Positions 1 to 14,130 are shown, counted from the stretch's first letter. The stretch: DNA of 64,000 nucleotides from Lama glama (GCA_028534125.1 CM052817.1:60018001-60082000); one strand, 5' to 3'. The notes: a model not told the origin generated them from the letters alone. Translations and numbers: made by a program.

Positions 1-789
1 TATTCCCATGTTTTAATGATCACTTATGCGTCAGGAAAACTTGTTTGATTATCTGAGCCTAGACTCTAATTGTATTTTACATGTAACTCCAAAGAGTATT
101 CTGTATGGTTTAAATACAGTCTGACTTTCCATAATTACAACTAGTTTCTAAAGTTAGAGAAAATGGTACTACGTTTTGTTTTAAAGTTTACAATAGCTGT
201 TTTCCATTTTGTAAAATCACATTGCTAATGGCAATGCCAGTCATGGTTTTTAGTCACCAATTCAACATACTGTATCTTTCTTTCTTTGTAGCCATTACAT
301 TCACAGAGATTGTATGTAAATTTATAAACATAGGGTTTCTTCATTTATAGAATACACAAAATTGAAAATTTAAATACTTATTTTTAATTTAATTTTTCTG
401 AATTCTCCTGTATATATATATTAGATAAGAAGTTATATTGGGAAAAAAAAGGAAAAAAATGTTATATTGAAAAATTTCATTCAGCTACATTACACCGTCT
501 ATAAATTGGATTTCAGATAGTAAAAGTGATGAAAAGTATGCTGTAAAAGGGCTCTGAGTCCTGTAGAATTGAGAATCATTGATTTATGTATATGGAATAT
601 CTGGCTGTTTGACCATACAGCCAAATACAAATACCGAATGTTTCCAAATTGTTGGAAAATTTCTTTGGTGTAAATATGTGTATTTTAAAGCAAGTTCCCG
701 GCAAATTCAGACCTATTAATGGGCAGCAAAATTTTGAGATGAAGGCATGAAAATAAATCCTGAGGTCAGCATAATAAATTTTCTTTAAG

Positions 790-1080
790 TAATTCAAATG
801 CATATGTATTAAATGCCTCATTATGCAAGACACCTTGCAAAATGCTGGGGAGACAAAGACAAATATGAAATAATTCACTCTTCCAGGGAGTGTATATTCT
901 AGAGGGAGGTACAGACAAATACCTAAGGAATGTTAATGCAATGTATATCTAATAGAGTTATTTTTACAGTTCTATAATAGATTGAAAGAGGGACCTGGTA
1001 CAAGACATACTTTGAAAGCTATGTAGAGGCTTATGTTGTGGAAAGCCTTAAATACTGTACAAAAATAATGTCATAAGAAC
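790..1080 (-). mobile_element. L2 LINE 3' fragment (ancient, degenerate)
   Basis: Resembles the reverse-complement L2 3' end (TATTAAATGCCTCATTATGCAAGACAC...GCTGGGGAGACAAAGAC...TATTCTAGAGGGAGG); recognised by eye. Confidence 0.55.
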
Positions 1081-1814
1081 AGAGAGATAAAAATAAAATG
1101 CTATTTAAAAAATGCAAATAACAGCAAGAAAACTTAAGTCAGCTGTTTCTGTCTTTGAAGGAATCTGACTCTGTTGTAGAAGAACACACTTGCTGCTCTC
1201 TGATGGGTTTCTCGGAGGATTTAGATGTTGGACTCAGTGAGAAAAAGAAAAATCAGAATGCCTCTGCATAATTAAACAAATGTGAAATTCCAAGGAGACC
1301 ACTAGAGAGAAAAAAACAGGGAGATAAGAACAAATGGGGGAAGGTAGGTAGATATGATATTGGTTTTGGCAGTGTGGGAGAGAGGAGACCACAGGAAGCA
1401 AACAGGAAATTTAAGAGGTCATGGAATTGGAGAGAAAGGTATCCATGAATATATAATTCTGTGGGAGTCTACAGAACTCCAGGAAAACACTGGACTTTCC
1501 ACAGTTTTTGAAAAGGGAATGGAAGCAATTTTATTTAAATTGTGAAGAAAAGAATAATTGCCAATATGAAGATTTCAGCAATATTCAGCAAAATCAATAT
1601 AATGATTAGGTTGCAGGCTATGAGTCCTTTTTTACATATCTGAAAAGCCCAGTTATCCCCTCTTCAAACAATCATGGACTAATTCTTTTTTAAAATAGAA
1701 AATGTTGTGCCTCGATGTCACAGGAATGCAAGTATTTCTATTTCTGTACTTACCTCCTAGAGAGATGGTGGTGTCCTATTTGTAGACCACTGCTGGTTCA
1801 GAGGCTATACTTTG

Positions 1815-1990
1815 AATAGCAGTGCTCTGGAATTGGGCAGCATGGGACTGCATCTTAGCTCTCACATAATATTATGAACTTGTGAAAAAGTTTCTCTGTC
1901 ACTTCATTTTCTAATCTGCAGTAAAAATGGTATCTGCCTCATTTTTTGGGTAAGAAATGTGAAACTATCACAATATTGGTTCTCCATTTC
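1815..1990 (+). mobile_element. MIR SINE fragment
   Basis: MIR core-like CTCTGTCACTTCATTTTCTAATCTGCAGTAAAAATGG. Confidence 0.55.
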
Positions 1991-3109
1991 TTCTTTAAAA
2001 TCAAAATGCTGATTTTTGGTTGGATACCTGGAAGAAAGTTTACTTTTCTCAGACATTTTAGCTAATCGTTGCCATATGTAACTTGGTTCTGGACAGTGTC
2101 TTTTAAGAGGAAATATCCTGTGCAACATCTAGATTGTATCTTCCAGTGTTACTTCTGTCCAGATGGAATGAAGATCTGGTATTTGGTGCTTTTGGGGCCT
2201 GAGGTAGAACTTACATACTAAAGTTGGTAGGTCACCAAAATAGAAAGGAAGGGAATCCTTTATACTGTGGACCATTATACCAGCCCTGGAGTGTCTACCT
2301 TCTGGATACTTCTAAGATAGAGAGAAGTAAAATTCTGTCTTTTTTAAGCTATTTTAGATTTTCTGTCACATACAAAATAACCAAACTCCAGCTGATCAAT
2401 GAATAAATGAGAAAAGACTTGTAAAGCAGTGTTTGATATATAGAAGACACTCAGTAAACATTAATATTAATTATTAAATAAGTATAGTGAAATTCATTTA
2501 TTCAGTAAATATTTAATAACAGTCTTCTGCGTGCCATTCTGTTTTGTAATGGTGACACAAAGATGATTAAGTTAAATTATCTTCACATCAGAAGTTATTG
2601 TCTTAAAGTTGCAATGTATAGTAAATCATTAACAGTATTTTTCAAGTGTTTTTTTAAAGTGTAGAGTAGACATACCACATTAGCATTACCTAATTAATAG
2701 GAAAATCAGGTAGGTTTAAATGTCTGGCAAATAGTTTCTTAATAGAAGTCGCCATTGTGAGGTTTTACAAAAATAGTAATGATAAAGAATCAGTCCTCTA
2801 GGACTAGTTATTATTTGTGATCTCTAATATGTTTTCTGTAATTTGCATTTTCCCTAGAGATTCAAAAAATCAAATTTTCCAAGGTAATTCCATTATCAAA
2901 GTTTATGTCTATTTATATTTTGTGTCATACTTACCATTTATACTTCGTACCATTTCTAAATACAAAGTTATTTGGGAGAATTGCATAGGTAAAGGCATTC
3001 CGTAGTTAAAAACTTTAAATGAAGAATGTATTCAGGTCCTTTAGAGAAATATTAGCAGAAATCCATTCTTTATTTATTAATTCAGCTGCTAGGTGGACAT
3101 ATGTAATTA

Positions 3110-3615
3110 GCCTAATATGTTATCTGATCAGTGTCCCATAAGGCTGAGATCAAGGTGTTGTCTGGCCATGTCCTGATCCGCAGACTTCACTAAATAAAGA
3201 TGTACTGCCATGCTCCTTCAGGATACTGGCGGAATTTGTTTTCTTGCAGTGGAAGGACTGAGCTCCTCATTTTCTTGCTAGCTGTCAACCAAAAGCTGCT
3301 CTCAGAAGCTGTAGGCCACTTTCAGGGCTTTACTCTGAAGCCCTCTACATTTCAGTGATGGAGAAACTCTCCCTTACCAAATTTCTGCATGTCTTCAAAT
3401 GTCTGAATCCTTCTACTACCAGCCAGAGAAAACTGCTTTTGAAGAAGTCATATGATTAGGTTATGTCAGCCTAGATAATCTTCTTGACTTAAATTCAGCT
3501 AATTAGTGATCTTAACGACATCTGCAGTATCTCTTTTTCTATATGAGGTAACATAGTCATAGAAGTAACAATAGAGGATTGCGTTGGTTATGGGTCCCCT
3601 GTTTGAATTCAGCCT
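3110..3615 (-). mobile_element. MaLR (MLT1-type) solo LTR
   Basis: AGGCTGAGATCAAGGTGTTG, GACTGAGCTCCTCATTTTCTTGCTAGCTGTC and TGATTAGGTT...GATAATCT motifs typical of MLT1 LTRs in reverse orientation. Confidence 0.6.
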
Positions 3616-4854
3616 ACAAATTAAACTTATCAAAGTGAAAATCAATTCATAAATTATCAGAAGTACGAAGGCTTCTGAGTGAATTTTTTATATTTTAAAA
3701 AGCTCTTCTTTGAATGTGGTACTATGGTCAAAATCATACTGGCTATTTTTATTTTAATGGGTTTGTGTATTTTATATTATGGATGGTTGTTTTTTAAGGT
3801 CATCTTTGAAGGTATTTTCTTTCATTTAGTTCTGTTTTTATGCTATCATTTCCTTTAAATATTATTGAAGTTATTTATCATTTAATGAACAATTAGAAAG
3901 CTTAGTTTAATTTTTCCAACAAATTATTAAAGTGGCATGCTGTGTTGACATTATTTATAAGAATATGCATTTATATCACATTAGCAATTTTACTAGTTGA
4001 TGCCATAGTAGCATTCCAACTTGACACTTACTATCCTTTATATTAACAATTATAGTTTTAAAGCCAAATCCAGTACATAAGCACTCACCATATCTGTATA
4101 TGGTTTATGGAACATTACAACTTGAAATATACTTGAGACTCTATCTTAGGGAGAATGTTTAGGTATCATTTATTTACAAACACATTTTAAAATAATAATT
4201 CACTTTATTGACTGATAGTGCCATAATTTACATTTTTCTCCTGTTATCTTATTTAATATGTTGATATGCTAAATAAAATGTGTGAATATAACAATGTGAT
4301 TGCGTTGTATAATTATTACTACATTTGTGTTTGTTATAAGTTTTTTCAGGTAATGTGCATGAATATTATTTAGATTCACATGAAGTAACCATATGTGTTC
4401 TACTTGAATATTAAAAGTAAATGTTAAATATTTGAAATCCAGCTTTTGTGTAGGATCACTCAGAGACAGAAGAATGCTAAAAAATCATACCTAGATGTGA
4501 TGTATTACACTGATTGATTTGCGTATGTTGAACCACCCTTGTGTCTCTGGGGTGAACTCCACTTGATCATTATGCGTAATCTTTTATGTGCTGTTGGATT
4601 CTATTTGCTAATAATTTGGTAAGGGTTTTTGCATCTATGTTCATCAGTGATATTGGTCTGTAATTCTCTTTTTTGGTAGTGTCTTTGCCTGGTCTTGGTA
4701 TCAGAGTGATGGTGGTTTCATAGAATAAGTCTGGGAGTTTTCCCTCCATTTCAATCTTCTGGAAGAGTTTGAGAAGGACTGGTATGAGTTCTTTGTATGT
4801 TTGGTAAAATCCCCTGGTGATGCCATCTAGTCCTGGACTCTTATTTGTAGGGAG

Positions 4855-4941
4855 TTTTTTTATTTTTTAACTTTTTTTTTAATTGAGTTATAGTCATTTT
4901 ACCAAGTTGTGCCAAATTCCAGTGTAGAGCATAATTTTTCA
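4855..4941 (-). mobile_element. ~85-bp L1 3'-terminal fragment nested in the inverted arm
   Basis: Poly-T then TTGAGTTATAGTCATTTTAC...AAATTCCAGTGTAGAGCATAATTTTTCA, the reverse complement of the L1 3' end at ~7920-7980. Flanked by the imperfect duplication TAGGGAGTTTTTT / TAGGAAGGTTTTTT. Confidence 0.88.
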
Positions 4942-5594
4942 CATAGGAAGGTTTTTTTTATTGCTAATTCAATTTCATTTCTAGTGATCAGTTTGTTCCA
5001 AGTGGTCAGTTTCTTCTTGATTCACTCTTGGTTGGCTGTATGTTTCCAGAAACTTTTACATCTCCTCTACGTTATCCATTTTGGATCCATATAGTTTTTC
5101 ATAATATTCTCATATAATATTCTGTATTTCTATGTTATTTGTTGTTATTTCTCCATTTTCTTTTCTTATTTTACTTATTTATGTTCTTTCTTTTTTCTTC
5201 TTTGTGAACTTGGCCAGAGGTTTGTTGATTTTATTTACTCTTTCAAAAAACCAGCTTTTGGTTCGATTGATTTTTTTCAATCTCTATTTTATTTATTTCC
5301 TCCCTGATCTTTATTATTTCCTTCCTTCTGCTGACTTTTGAGTTTTTTTGCTCTTCTTTTTCTAATTCTTTTAGCTGGTGGGTTAGATTGTTTATTTGAG
5401 ATTGTTCTTCTTTTTTGAGGAAGACCTGTATTGCTATAAACTTCCCTCTTAGCACTCCCTTTGCTGAGTCCCATAAATTTTGTGTGGTTCTCTTTTCATT
5501 TTCATTAGTCTCAAGAAATTTTTTAATTTCAACTTTGATTTCTTCATAGACCCATTGGTTTTTTAATAGCATGCTGTTTAATCTCCATGCTTTA

Positions 5595-7600
5595 ACATCA
5601 ACAAGAGAAAGGACAAAAACCACATGATCATCTCAATAGATGCAGAAAAAAGCATTTGATAAAATTCAACACCCCATTTATGATAAAAACTCTCACCAAA
5701 GTGGGTATAGAGGGAACATATCTCAACATAATAAAAGCTATATATGACAAACCGACAGCCAGCATAGTACTCGATGGTGAAAAACTCAAAAGCTTCCCAC
5801 TAAAATCTGGGACAAGACAAGGATGCCTACTATCACCACTCCTATTCAACATCATCTTGGAAGTCCTAGCCACAGCAATCAGGCAAGAGAGAGAAATAAA
5901 AGGGATCCAAATTGGAAAAGAAGAGGTAAAAGTATCACTATATGCCGATGACATGATACTATATATAGAAAACCCTAAAAGGTCCACACAAAAACTACCA
6001 GAGCTAATCGAAGAATTCAGCAAGGTAGCAGATTACAAGATTAACGTTCAAAAATCAGTTGCATTTCTTTACACTAACGATGAATCAACAGAAAAAGAAA
6101 GTAAAGAAACAATCCCCTTTAAAATAGTACCAAAGTAATAAAATACCTAGGAATAAATCTAACCAAGGAGGTGAAAGACTTATACATGGAAAACTATAAA
6201 CCATTGATGAAGGAAATTAAAGAAGACTTTAAAAAATGGAAGGATATTCCATGCTCTTGGATTGGAAGAATTGATATTGTTAAAATGGTCACTCTGCCCA
6301 AGGGAATCTACAGATTTAATGCAGTCCCTATCAAATTACAACCATGACATATTTCACAGAACTAGAACAAATTATAATAAAAGTTATATGGAACCACAAA
6401 AGACCTAGAATGGCCAAAGCATTACTGAAGAGGAAGAAAGAGGCTGGAGGAATAACTCTCCCAAACTTCGGACAATACTATAGAGCTACAGTCATCAAGA
6501 CAGCATGGTATTGGTACCAAAACAGACATATAGACCAATGAAATAGAATAGAGAGCCCAGAAATGAACCCACAAACTTTTGGTCAACTAATCTTCAACAA
6601 AGGAGGCAAGAATATACAATGGAACAAAGACAATCTCTTCAGCAAATGGTGTTGGGAAAACTGGACAGCAGCATGCAAAGCAATGAAGCTACAACACTCC
6701 CTTACACCATACACAAAAAATAAAGTCAAAATGGACTAAGGACTTAAACATAAGACAAGATATAATAAACCTCCTTGAAGAAAATATAGGCAAAACATTA
6801 TCTGACATACATCTCAAAAATGTTCTAGGACAGTCTACCCAAGCAATAGAAAGAAAAGCAAGAATAAACAAATGGGACCTAATGAAACGTACACACTTCT
6901 GCACAGCAAAGGAAACCATAAGTAAAACAAAAAGACAACCTATGGAATGGGAGAAAATTTTTGCTAACAATGAAACCGACAAAAGCTTGATCTGCAGAAT
7001 GTATAAGCAGCTCATACGACTTAATAAGAAACAAACAACCCAATCAAAAAATGTGCAAAAGACCTAAACAAGCAATTCTCCAAGGAAGACACATAAATGA
7101 TCAATAGGCACATGAAAAAAATGCTCAATATCACTAATTATCAGAGAAATGCAAATCAAAACTACAATGAGATATCACCTAACACCAGTCAGAATGGCCA
7201 TCATTCAAAAGTCCACTAATAGCAAATGCTGGAGAGGCTGTGGAGAAAAGGGAACCCTCCTTCACTGCTGGTGGGAATGCAGTTTGGTGCAACCACTGTG
7301 GAAAACAGTATGGAGATTCCTCAAAAGACTAGGAATAGACTTACCATATAACCCAGGAATCCCGCTCCTGGGCATATATCCAGAAGGAACCCTACTGCAG
7401 GATGACACCTGCACCCCGATGTTCATAGCAGCACTATTACAACAGCCAAGACATGGAGACAGCCTAAATATCCATCAACAGATGACTGGATAAAGAAGAG
7501 GTGGTATATTTATACAATGGAATACAACTCAGCCATAAAAACCGACAACAGAAAGCCATTTGAAGCAAGATGGATGCTCCTGGAGAATGTCATTCTAAGT
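5595..7600 (+). pseudogene. Disrupted L1 ORF2 (RT and C-terminal region) in the forward arm
   Basis: ORF2 split by stops/frameshifts into 5656-6138, 6344-6541, 6882-7067 and 7149-7493. Confidence 0.93.
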
Positions 7601-10600
7601 GAAGAAAGCCAGAAAGAGAAAGAAAAATACCATATGAGATCGCTCATATGTGGAATCTAAAAAAAAAAGAAAAAAGAGAAAGAAAATAAATACAAAACAG
7701 AAACAGACTTATAGACATAGAATACAAACTTGTGGTTGCCAAGGGGGTGGAGGGTGGGAAGGAACAGACTGGGATTTCAAAATTTGTAGATACTGACAGC
7801 CATATGCAAAATAGATAAACAAGATTATACTGTATAGCACAAGGAAATATATACAAGATTTTGTGGTAGCTCACAGTGAAAAAAATGTGACAATGAATAT
7901 ATCTATGTTCATGTATAACTGAAAAATTGTGCTCTACACTGGAATTTGACACAACATTGTAAGATGAGTATAACATTAAAAAATGTAAAAATCATACCTA
8001 CAGTTGTTACTGAGTACAGTTTGATTTGCCCTTTTTCTGAAAAATTTTGGATAGTTTTTTTTTACATATTTTTTCTTTTTATTATGTACAATAGTGTATT
8101 AAAAGTCAAATATCCTAACTTGCAAAGGAATGGCAAATATTTCACTGGTTATTAAGATTTCTGTCTCTGGGTTGGCTGTAACCGAAAATGTAGATACATT
8201 TAGATACATGGAAAATATTTTGGGGAGTTCTAGAAATTGGTTCTTGGCTAGCCTACTAAAACACCAATAAATTAAATTTGTGGTTATAATAAAACAGTTA
8301 AACTTTTCTTAGTTTATGTTAAGCTAAATAGTAGATATTAAGAAAGAAATGCATTTTTATGGAAACTGGTATAAAGTGAAATCCTTTAATGGCTTTCTAC
8401 TTGAGATATTTTCTGTCATTAGACATCTTAGCAGAATCAAATGAATCCTTTATAAAATCTTCAACCATTTATTCCCTATTAAATTGGCAAACACATGTAA
8501 ATGACATAGTCATTACCATGGGTGAGTAGGTCATAACTCTGCATTTTCACATTAGTGGATTGAGTCACATTTGAATTCACTAAATGAATGCAACACATTT
8601 TCTTTCTCTAGTCAGAAATTCAATAATGGTTTTTAAGATCGTTCCATATAAATTAGATCCCTCAATTACTTTCTTTTACCTTACCCTTTGACCTTATACA
8701 AAGACTTTTATTCTTTTAGCCAATTTACTCACTGAAAAGGATGAGACAGGGGAAGTTTTGCATTTTGACATGCCCATGATATTATTAGCAGGAATACTGT
8801 GCATTAATGCAAAGTTGACTGGCCCTATAGTGGCCATGTGCCCTGCCTTCAAAGGCTTTGAGATGTTGTAATTATGAAATAAGGCATTGAATAGTAGATT
8901 TGAATTGCGTATTACAGAGGAAAATTGAATGCTTTGATGAAATAAGACCCACTCTTCCCCTCTTTCAATTTTTGTTCACTGAATGATCATTTTCATGGTC
9001 ATTTAGTTATAAATGAAAGCTTGTTCAGCTATCTTTGTGCTTTGTTTGGTGTTTCAAACAGCACTAGCATCATCCTATGTTAATCTCACATTACAGGATT
9101 ACATAGGAAGCTGCTTCAGTGGTTTGGTCTCATGAATAAATCCCCCTATAACACATTGGGTCAGTTCATCTTTTTTTGCCTCAGAGAAAATGATTTGTGT
9201 TGTTCATATTTACTGACCTAAAAGTTTAAAATGGTCTGGGAGTCTTGGATATTTTTCATACAGGAAGGTCACAGTTCTATATCTCATTGTGTCATGTTGT
9301 TTTCTATTCTGACTTGATAGTAATATCAGCATAGCAGTCAGTACATCCAGAGCAAAAGTGAACATGAAGAGATGGAGCAGATCATAAACTTTTATTACTT
9401 TTGTTGTAATTAGCACCATGATGTAGCTCTTAAACTTTTCACAGGATGCTCTTCTATTTATTATGCCTTGGGCACCCAAACTCAATGTCTGGAGCACAGT
9501 GGACGCTTAGAAAGCAGTGGTTGAATTCATGACAATATGAATGTGGAGAGAATAAAGGGAAGACAAGGTGGAAAGCTGTCTCCCTTCTTTCAGGGGATTT
9601 GAACATGCCCTGAGAAATCCTCACGTGCTTTCTGTGCTGAAGCTGTCTCAAAACGGCATAGATGCAAAACAGGGTAGAAAACAGTCAGCTGCTTCCTGCA
9701 CCCTAAGGCCACTTGTATTTCAAAGCAAGATGAAGACTTTATGACCCAGAAATTCTTGACAACAGAGCAAAAAAAAAATTGAAACAATAATGACAGACTA
9801 TAGGTAGGTAGATAGAGCAGAGCAGACTGGTAGCTGCCTGGCAAAGTGAGAAAAGTGGTTTGTGATAACATACAAAGCATATTTAATCCACTAGTCCATT
9901 TAACTGAAAGCATCATATGGACCTTAATGATTTGTTAGAATTTATTCAGTTAATGAATTTTAAAGTAAACATAGTGTGTCTATATGTAAAATAAATGAAG
10001 CATACATTTTTGGTTAATGTGACAAATACATTTTAGATCAAATGTGTTCATTGTAAGTCTTGGATACAACTGTATTAAAATTAATATATGCTTGTCATAA
10101 GGCAAACTGTATTAGCTTGATCAGTTGAACTATGAGAAAATGTTTTATTGAATAAGAGCTAATTAAAACAAGTTAACCTATAAGATCTCACAGTTCATTT
10201 ATTCACGTATTTCCACATACTGCCACTATGCTCCAGATATTACAATGGCTTTCAAGGAAATAAGGACATCCCAAATTATTTATGTGACAAATAACATAAA
10301 CAATTTATAAAACATGGATTGTAATTAATGATCATATTTTAACACCACTAGATTAAAAAATATAAATACAATACTCTTTTCAAATTATAACTATTATTAT
10401 TATTAATGTTATTATTAGTTCTTAGTTGAACATTCACAGTACTGAAAATACAAGAATAAAAGAATGTAAACGTTTATGGTGAAATTTCAAAATGTAAAGA
10501 TTATGTGAATTATTAAAGTGAAAATTAAATTAACAATTAGCTATAATAATATTTTACCACTTTATTTTTAAAGTAACTCATGTGACTCTTTCCTCTGCAA

Positions 10601-12204
10601 ATGTACTCTTTTAAGTTTGGTTCTGTAATATATATACAATCAATGCCACAACTATAGATAATGGAGAAGACACTAATGACTGACCCCAGCATCCCTTTCA
10701 GTTTTTAAAATTTGAACGAAAATAAAGTTTAGGAGATACCCATATTGTTGTAATTATTTTAGGAACATGACTTTTATTTAGTTTGTTTAATTCACTGGTA
10801 TTGATTAAATTGGAATTTAAAATATTGTGTTGAAATATGCTGAGTTAAAGTGCTTTTACTTTAAGAAAATTTTCAGTAAAACATTTCAGGTAGCTTGTAT
10901 TAGCCACAGTTTGAAATGTTGGTGATGAACAGCTAAAATTTGTGCATGTGTCAAATTTGTGTTTGGTAATTGCATATGTTGTCGTATGAGAGGTGCACGA
11001 TGTATCAGCATTTGAACAAGAATAATGAAGAATAAAAAGTCCTTATAAAAAGTAGGATTTTTTGAACCATTCACTTAATCATCTGTCTTGTGCCTACATC
11101 TCAGAAACTTGACAGAAATATGTCTCTTTTTATAAAACTTAAAATAGCCATTCCTGTCTTTAAAATCCATTCAACGTGTACTTTGAGGCATTCAGTAGCT
11201 ACTTCTATATTTTAAAAAGAAACATTAGCCTCTCAGAATTGCTGTTGCTTGTAGAATTACAGTTTATTATGATAAAATTGTTCATATAATGAAGAGTGGT
11301 CAGGTTGTGGCCACTTTTCCATGGTGCTGCTAATGTAAGAAATAAAGGAGATGGTCCAAAGTCCTCTACAAACTGCTTATTTGATGTAGTACTACTACCT
11401 TAAAAATCACTCTGACCTTTGTCCCAGACTTTAAAATCATGTTTGTGATCCCAGTTAAATAAGCAGATTCAAAATAGCTATTAAAATTGCTATTATGGAT
11501 ATTTAAGATAAATTATTTTATGTATTAAATATCCATGGGGTCTCTCTCTTTTTCTTTTTACCTGTTGTGAAATGTATGTATTCTTCATTCCAAACCAGGC
11601 TCACTCCACTTCAGTGATACAGCAAATGTCTTTAAATGTGTATGAGAGGGTTCCTCAGTTAAAATTAATTTGATACTCAAATGGGGCACAACATTGTAAG
11701 ACATTCTTACTTGAAGTAAGATTACAAAACATTGTAAAACACTGTAAAATATTATTCAGGAGTATTTTAAAAGGCAGTGCAGTCTGTTGACAAGGTAAGT
11801 GGCATACAGTATATATGTGTTAAGCAGAGCCTGGTCTAAGAAAAAAACATTTCCATGCTACAGATCTCCTCTTTTGCCACTCTCATCCCATCCCTCATCC
11901 TCCACTTCCCACTCTCCAATGTAGTTACATGCCCTCCTTTTACAATTCTCGAGATCCTAAATGCTCCTGTGCTGGCATTTGGCTACCCTATTTTGTTCAC
12001 TTCACTCCTGTTCTTGGACTGAATGACATTTTAACACCCCATTTTAAAAAACAACAATTGGACTCCATAGTTAGAATCTATGCTCCTTAAATGCAGGGGG
12101 GCCTCTTAAGGGACAGGATTTCTAGCTTCCATTCCATAGACTTACCAAATATAAAATTGTATGGCTACTATTCTTTTTCTGTGTCAGTATTGCCTTGGTT
12201 ATAG

Positions 12205-12430
12205 CAATGTATCATAATATTTAAGGGCAAATGTGGGGGCTACCTCTACCGTTATTTACTGGATGACCTTGGATAAGTTGCTTAATCTGTTGCACCTTAA
12301 TTTCCTCATCTGTAAGGTGGGGTTAATAGTGATATTGACATCAAGGAGTGTTGTGAAGATTACATAAAATAATAAACATAAAGTGCTTTGAGTATTTAAA
12401 ACAGCAAGTGCCATATAAATGTCAACTCTC
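12205..12430 (+). mobile_element. MIR SINE
   Basis: GATGACCTTGGATAAGTTGCTTAATCT...TTTCCTCATCTGTAAGGTGGGG...GTTGTGAAGATTACATAA. Confidence 0.8.
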
Positions 12431-12789
12431 ATTTCTAATAAATTCATGATTCTAAAATGGAAGTTTTAAGTAAGCGATAGAACGTGAAGAACAAGGATTT
12501 TAAATTCCAGTTTGTTTTGCTAAGAATTCACATGAGTCTATGTATCTTAGATAGGTATTCTTGACAACAGGCAGGGGTTGGACTGCAAGTATAACCAATG
12601 CTTATTAAGAATAAGAAAAATTTAGAAGTCTAAATAGGCTGGATAAATTAGATAGAAGAAAAGAGTCTAAGTTCCTTATTACTTATTTCGGTTATACTAA
12701 TGGGACCCAGGAGAATAGTAGCATGTAATTCTAAATTGGCAAAGAAGCAAGTTAGATTAAACTCTAAGTATAAATTATCTAAGTATCTA

Positions 12790-13130
12790 TTTGAAGGCTT
12801 ATTTGCTTAAAAGCAGATCACCTGATAACTTTTGCCTCACTGAATTCTTTACTTTTCAGAGTTGAATAAGGCCTGCTATTTTGAATCTTACTCTATTAAG
12901 GAAGCATCAGTTAGCAAAGTGGAAGTGACAGGAATCTTGGGAGAAGATGATACCATCTTAGGTGCCATAAAGCTAAGGAAATGAATGCTTTGTAGACTCT
13001 CATATCTTCCCCAAATTTTAAGAAAATCTCCTGAACAAAACAAGTTCATGACAAAGATAGGTGTGCTCAAATGCTAAAAGCTCTGAAAAATGAAATCTAT
13101 AGCCTCACAGATTTTCTAATGAGAAAGAAA
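12790..13130 (+). mobile_element. L3/CR1 LINE fragment
   Basis: GCTATTTTGAATCTTACTCT...AAGTGGAAGTGACAGGAATCTTGGGAGAAG resembles L3 ORF2 near the end of the endonuclease region. Confidence 0.5.
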
Positions 13131-13949
13131 GCGAACAAATATCTAATAAACTAATGCACCTGTATAGAGAAGGAGCTTTCTTTTGGGATTAGCTTTTTTG
13201 GCAGTACGTATAAAAAGTAGGATAAAGAACAAAATGAATAAATTGTTAAAAAAAAAAAAAAGGTGAGGCAAAACCCTAAAACATGTAAAGAGAAGTAGGG
13301 AAAAGTACAGACTACAACATATATTGTGTTTATATTACTCATCTTCTAGAAAAAACAGACAATGTTAGGTTTATTATTTAGGTCACTGATGAGAGAGAAA
13401 ACAGATCTACTCAACTTGTGTTTTACTTCCATATTACCTGTTTACAAAAAACTGATAAGTGGAGTAAATATGGAAAGAGTTGATACTGAAATCTAAGTTA
13501 GGAGAGGGGAAAATAAATGTAGCATAAATTAAACACAGTACTTCTCTCTCCCAAGGGTATTCTTCTCCATGGGTTATAAAACCTATGTGCAGACATGAAA
13601 ACTCAAGCAATACTTTATAATGTTCCACTTTACAGCACTATAGGATTTCAGGATTTGAAGGAACCATAGAAGTTGATTTGACATCTAATGCTTCAATGTT
13701 CTGCCTTCTTCTTCTAACAAACTTACACAAACGAACAGATGTATTGATAACTTAAAAGGTGATATGATTAGGTTATTAAATCCTAGATCTTGATATTAAT
13801 CTTTGGGAAAAAGAAAGAAATCAAATGGATTAGTAAACAAGTTGTGAATTATAAGAGCAAAAAGAGGCAAGCCACAAGGAGAAAATAATTTCTAATGTCA
13901 GTCTGTAATTTTACAGTGTGTCTGAATATGAGTAGATCATGAAAAATTC

Positions 13950-14130
13950 TGTAGCCCCAATAAGCCTTGATTTAACTGAATTAGATAAATGTCTGTCATT
14001 ATAGCTTGTGGACAACATATAGGGGATGTGTGTTTAATGATGGTAGAGTTCATGAAATTGAGCTAGTTGAGAAACCACCAAAGATGGTCTTTTAATGTAT
14101 CGATGTCACCTGGCATCCATACATGTATGA
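13950..14130 (+). mobile_element. L3/CR1 LINE fragment (RT region), possibly the same element as 12790-13130
   Basis: CTTGATTT...GATAAATGTCTGTCAT...CTTGTGGACAAC...AGCTAGTTGA resembles the L3 RT segment. Confidence 0.45.

Larger units (their letters stand above)
4494..7986 (+). mobile_element. Young 5'-truncated, 5'-inverted L1 (inverted arm 4494-~5592 on minus; forward arm ~5595-7986 on plus)
   Basis: TSD AAAAATCATACCTA at 4480-4493 and 7987-8000. Minus-strand ORF2 peptide (LLKNQWVYEEIKVEIKKFLETNEN), plus-strand RT ([19 protein letters not shown]), Cys-rich C-terminus ([18 protein letters not shown]), 3' UTR and A-rich tail. Confidence 0.97.

Noticed and set aside
5628..6023. 131-aa minus ORF and similar ORFs (6689-7015, 7644-7976, 30864-31269)
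   Set aside because: Antisense frames of L1 ORF2 or 3' UTR
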